NCBI GenBank assembly: GCA_029953675.1
Contig: JAMWBK010000002.1
Location: 1,116,001 to 1,180,000, forward strand
Direction of reading: 5' to 3'
From: Rhodosorus marinus CCMP1338
Lineage: Eukaryota; Plantae; Rhodophyta
DNA length: 64,000 nucleotides
Below, piece by piece: positions 63,200-64,000 of this stretch. Below the pieces are notes generated by a model. The model saw only the letters and a list, made by a program, of their open reading frames with translations. It had not been told where the DNA came from and did no database searches. The translations under genes were made by a program, and so were the position numbers. Every line of letters starts with the position of its first letter. Position 1 is the first letter of the stretch.

Positions 63200-64000
63200 G
63201 ATACGTCACGTCAATACTTAGCCGTCGGAGGATTCTGGTTTTGACCGCCACACCGTTGTCACAGAGGCTTGGAGAAGAGACATCTACAATTCTCGCGCAG
63301 ATGATCAGCAGGGGCGCTTGATACAAGAACATCTGTAGTGACAAGTTTTTCTTCAGATCGGTACACAAAATCGCGTAGATGCTCAGGAGATCTCTCTACA
63401 AAACCTGCTCGCCATCCACCGACGAGCTGTCACTTTCAGCATCACCACCTGGACGGAAGATCAGTCCAGAGCATACGCTGTCTTGTCATCCCTTGCCAAC
63501 CACAAAGGTACATTTGATTAAAACGGAGAACACCATTGTGCACATGTCGAAAGCATCCGGCAACGTATTGGGTTGTGGTTGGAAAGCGAAACATTCAACA
63601 TTCTGAATCTATGCCAGCTGCAGTACCGATCAATCATGACGGAGCTCATCACCGGGTACCAGGTAGATTACTGCGCAACTACTTAGTCGATTGCCCGTTC
63701 ACGTCAGCAGATATGAATGGTAGGGCTTCCGTCGTTGGAGTCTGAACAAGCCTGGAGTTACTGGGGCAATAACATGCACTCGGATGTCCGGTGCTGCTTA
63801 CGAAGAGGGGGACGAGGGTAATAAGCTCGGCTTTGGACAGAGCGGTTGGTCGTGCTCCAGCCCCAACTCGACGTATGCATACTTCAACATCATTGTGGCT
63901 GCAGCTTTGCTTGAAGGGTAGAGAGCAGGACTATTTTTCCAACTTTCCAGTCACGCCACCAATCACGCCGCTAGAGAAACTGCTTGTATTTTCGACAAGA
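63200..64000 (+). other. Possible fragments of a superfamily-2 (SNF2-like) helicase gene or pseudogene running off the window
   Basis: RRILVLTATPL (~63225-63260, motif III-like) and EKLLVFST (~63975-64000, motif IV-like), with an exon-like frame at 63357-63508 between them. No DEAH seen. Confidence 0.22.

Overview
Compact, intron-rich eukaryotic nuclear DNA with short GT-AG introns and genes separated by AT-rich islands flanked by strand-skewed C-rich and G-rich tracts. The hemC leader (MIGFV..., no signal peptide) suggests a red alga with a primary plastid; this is inference. Recognisable genes: ELP6, PCYT2, IAH1-type SGNH esterase, hemC, a TBC Rab-GAP, a three-domain small heat-shock protein with an upstream HSE, riboflavin kinase, SMU1, a hotdog thioesterase, RAD7-like LRR protein, a membrane-anchored sulfotransferase, arginine deiminase, an alpha/beta hydrolase, a secreted Hint(Hog) protein, CDC20 and a STAR/KH protein. 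There is also a full-length intronless carnitine acyltransferase pseudogene. The most striking observation is a four-member family of tiny (~86-102 aa) genes that the ORF track does not resolve. Each has a mitochondrial-presequence-like N-terminus and an S-x-x-x-S-[RKH]-G...acidic-Gly tail. Three share a phase-2 intron at codon 31-36, and all four have a GT inside the final Gly codon. Other notable features are a 3x ~64-bp array ending in a 42-bp palindrome and a triplicated unit with a compensated hairpin. No rRNA, tRNA, CRISPR or intact mobile element was recognised. All gene models were spliced by eye.
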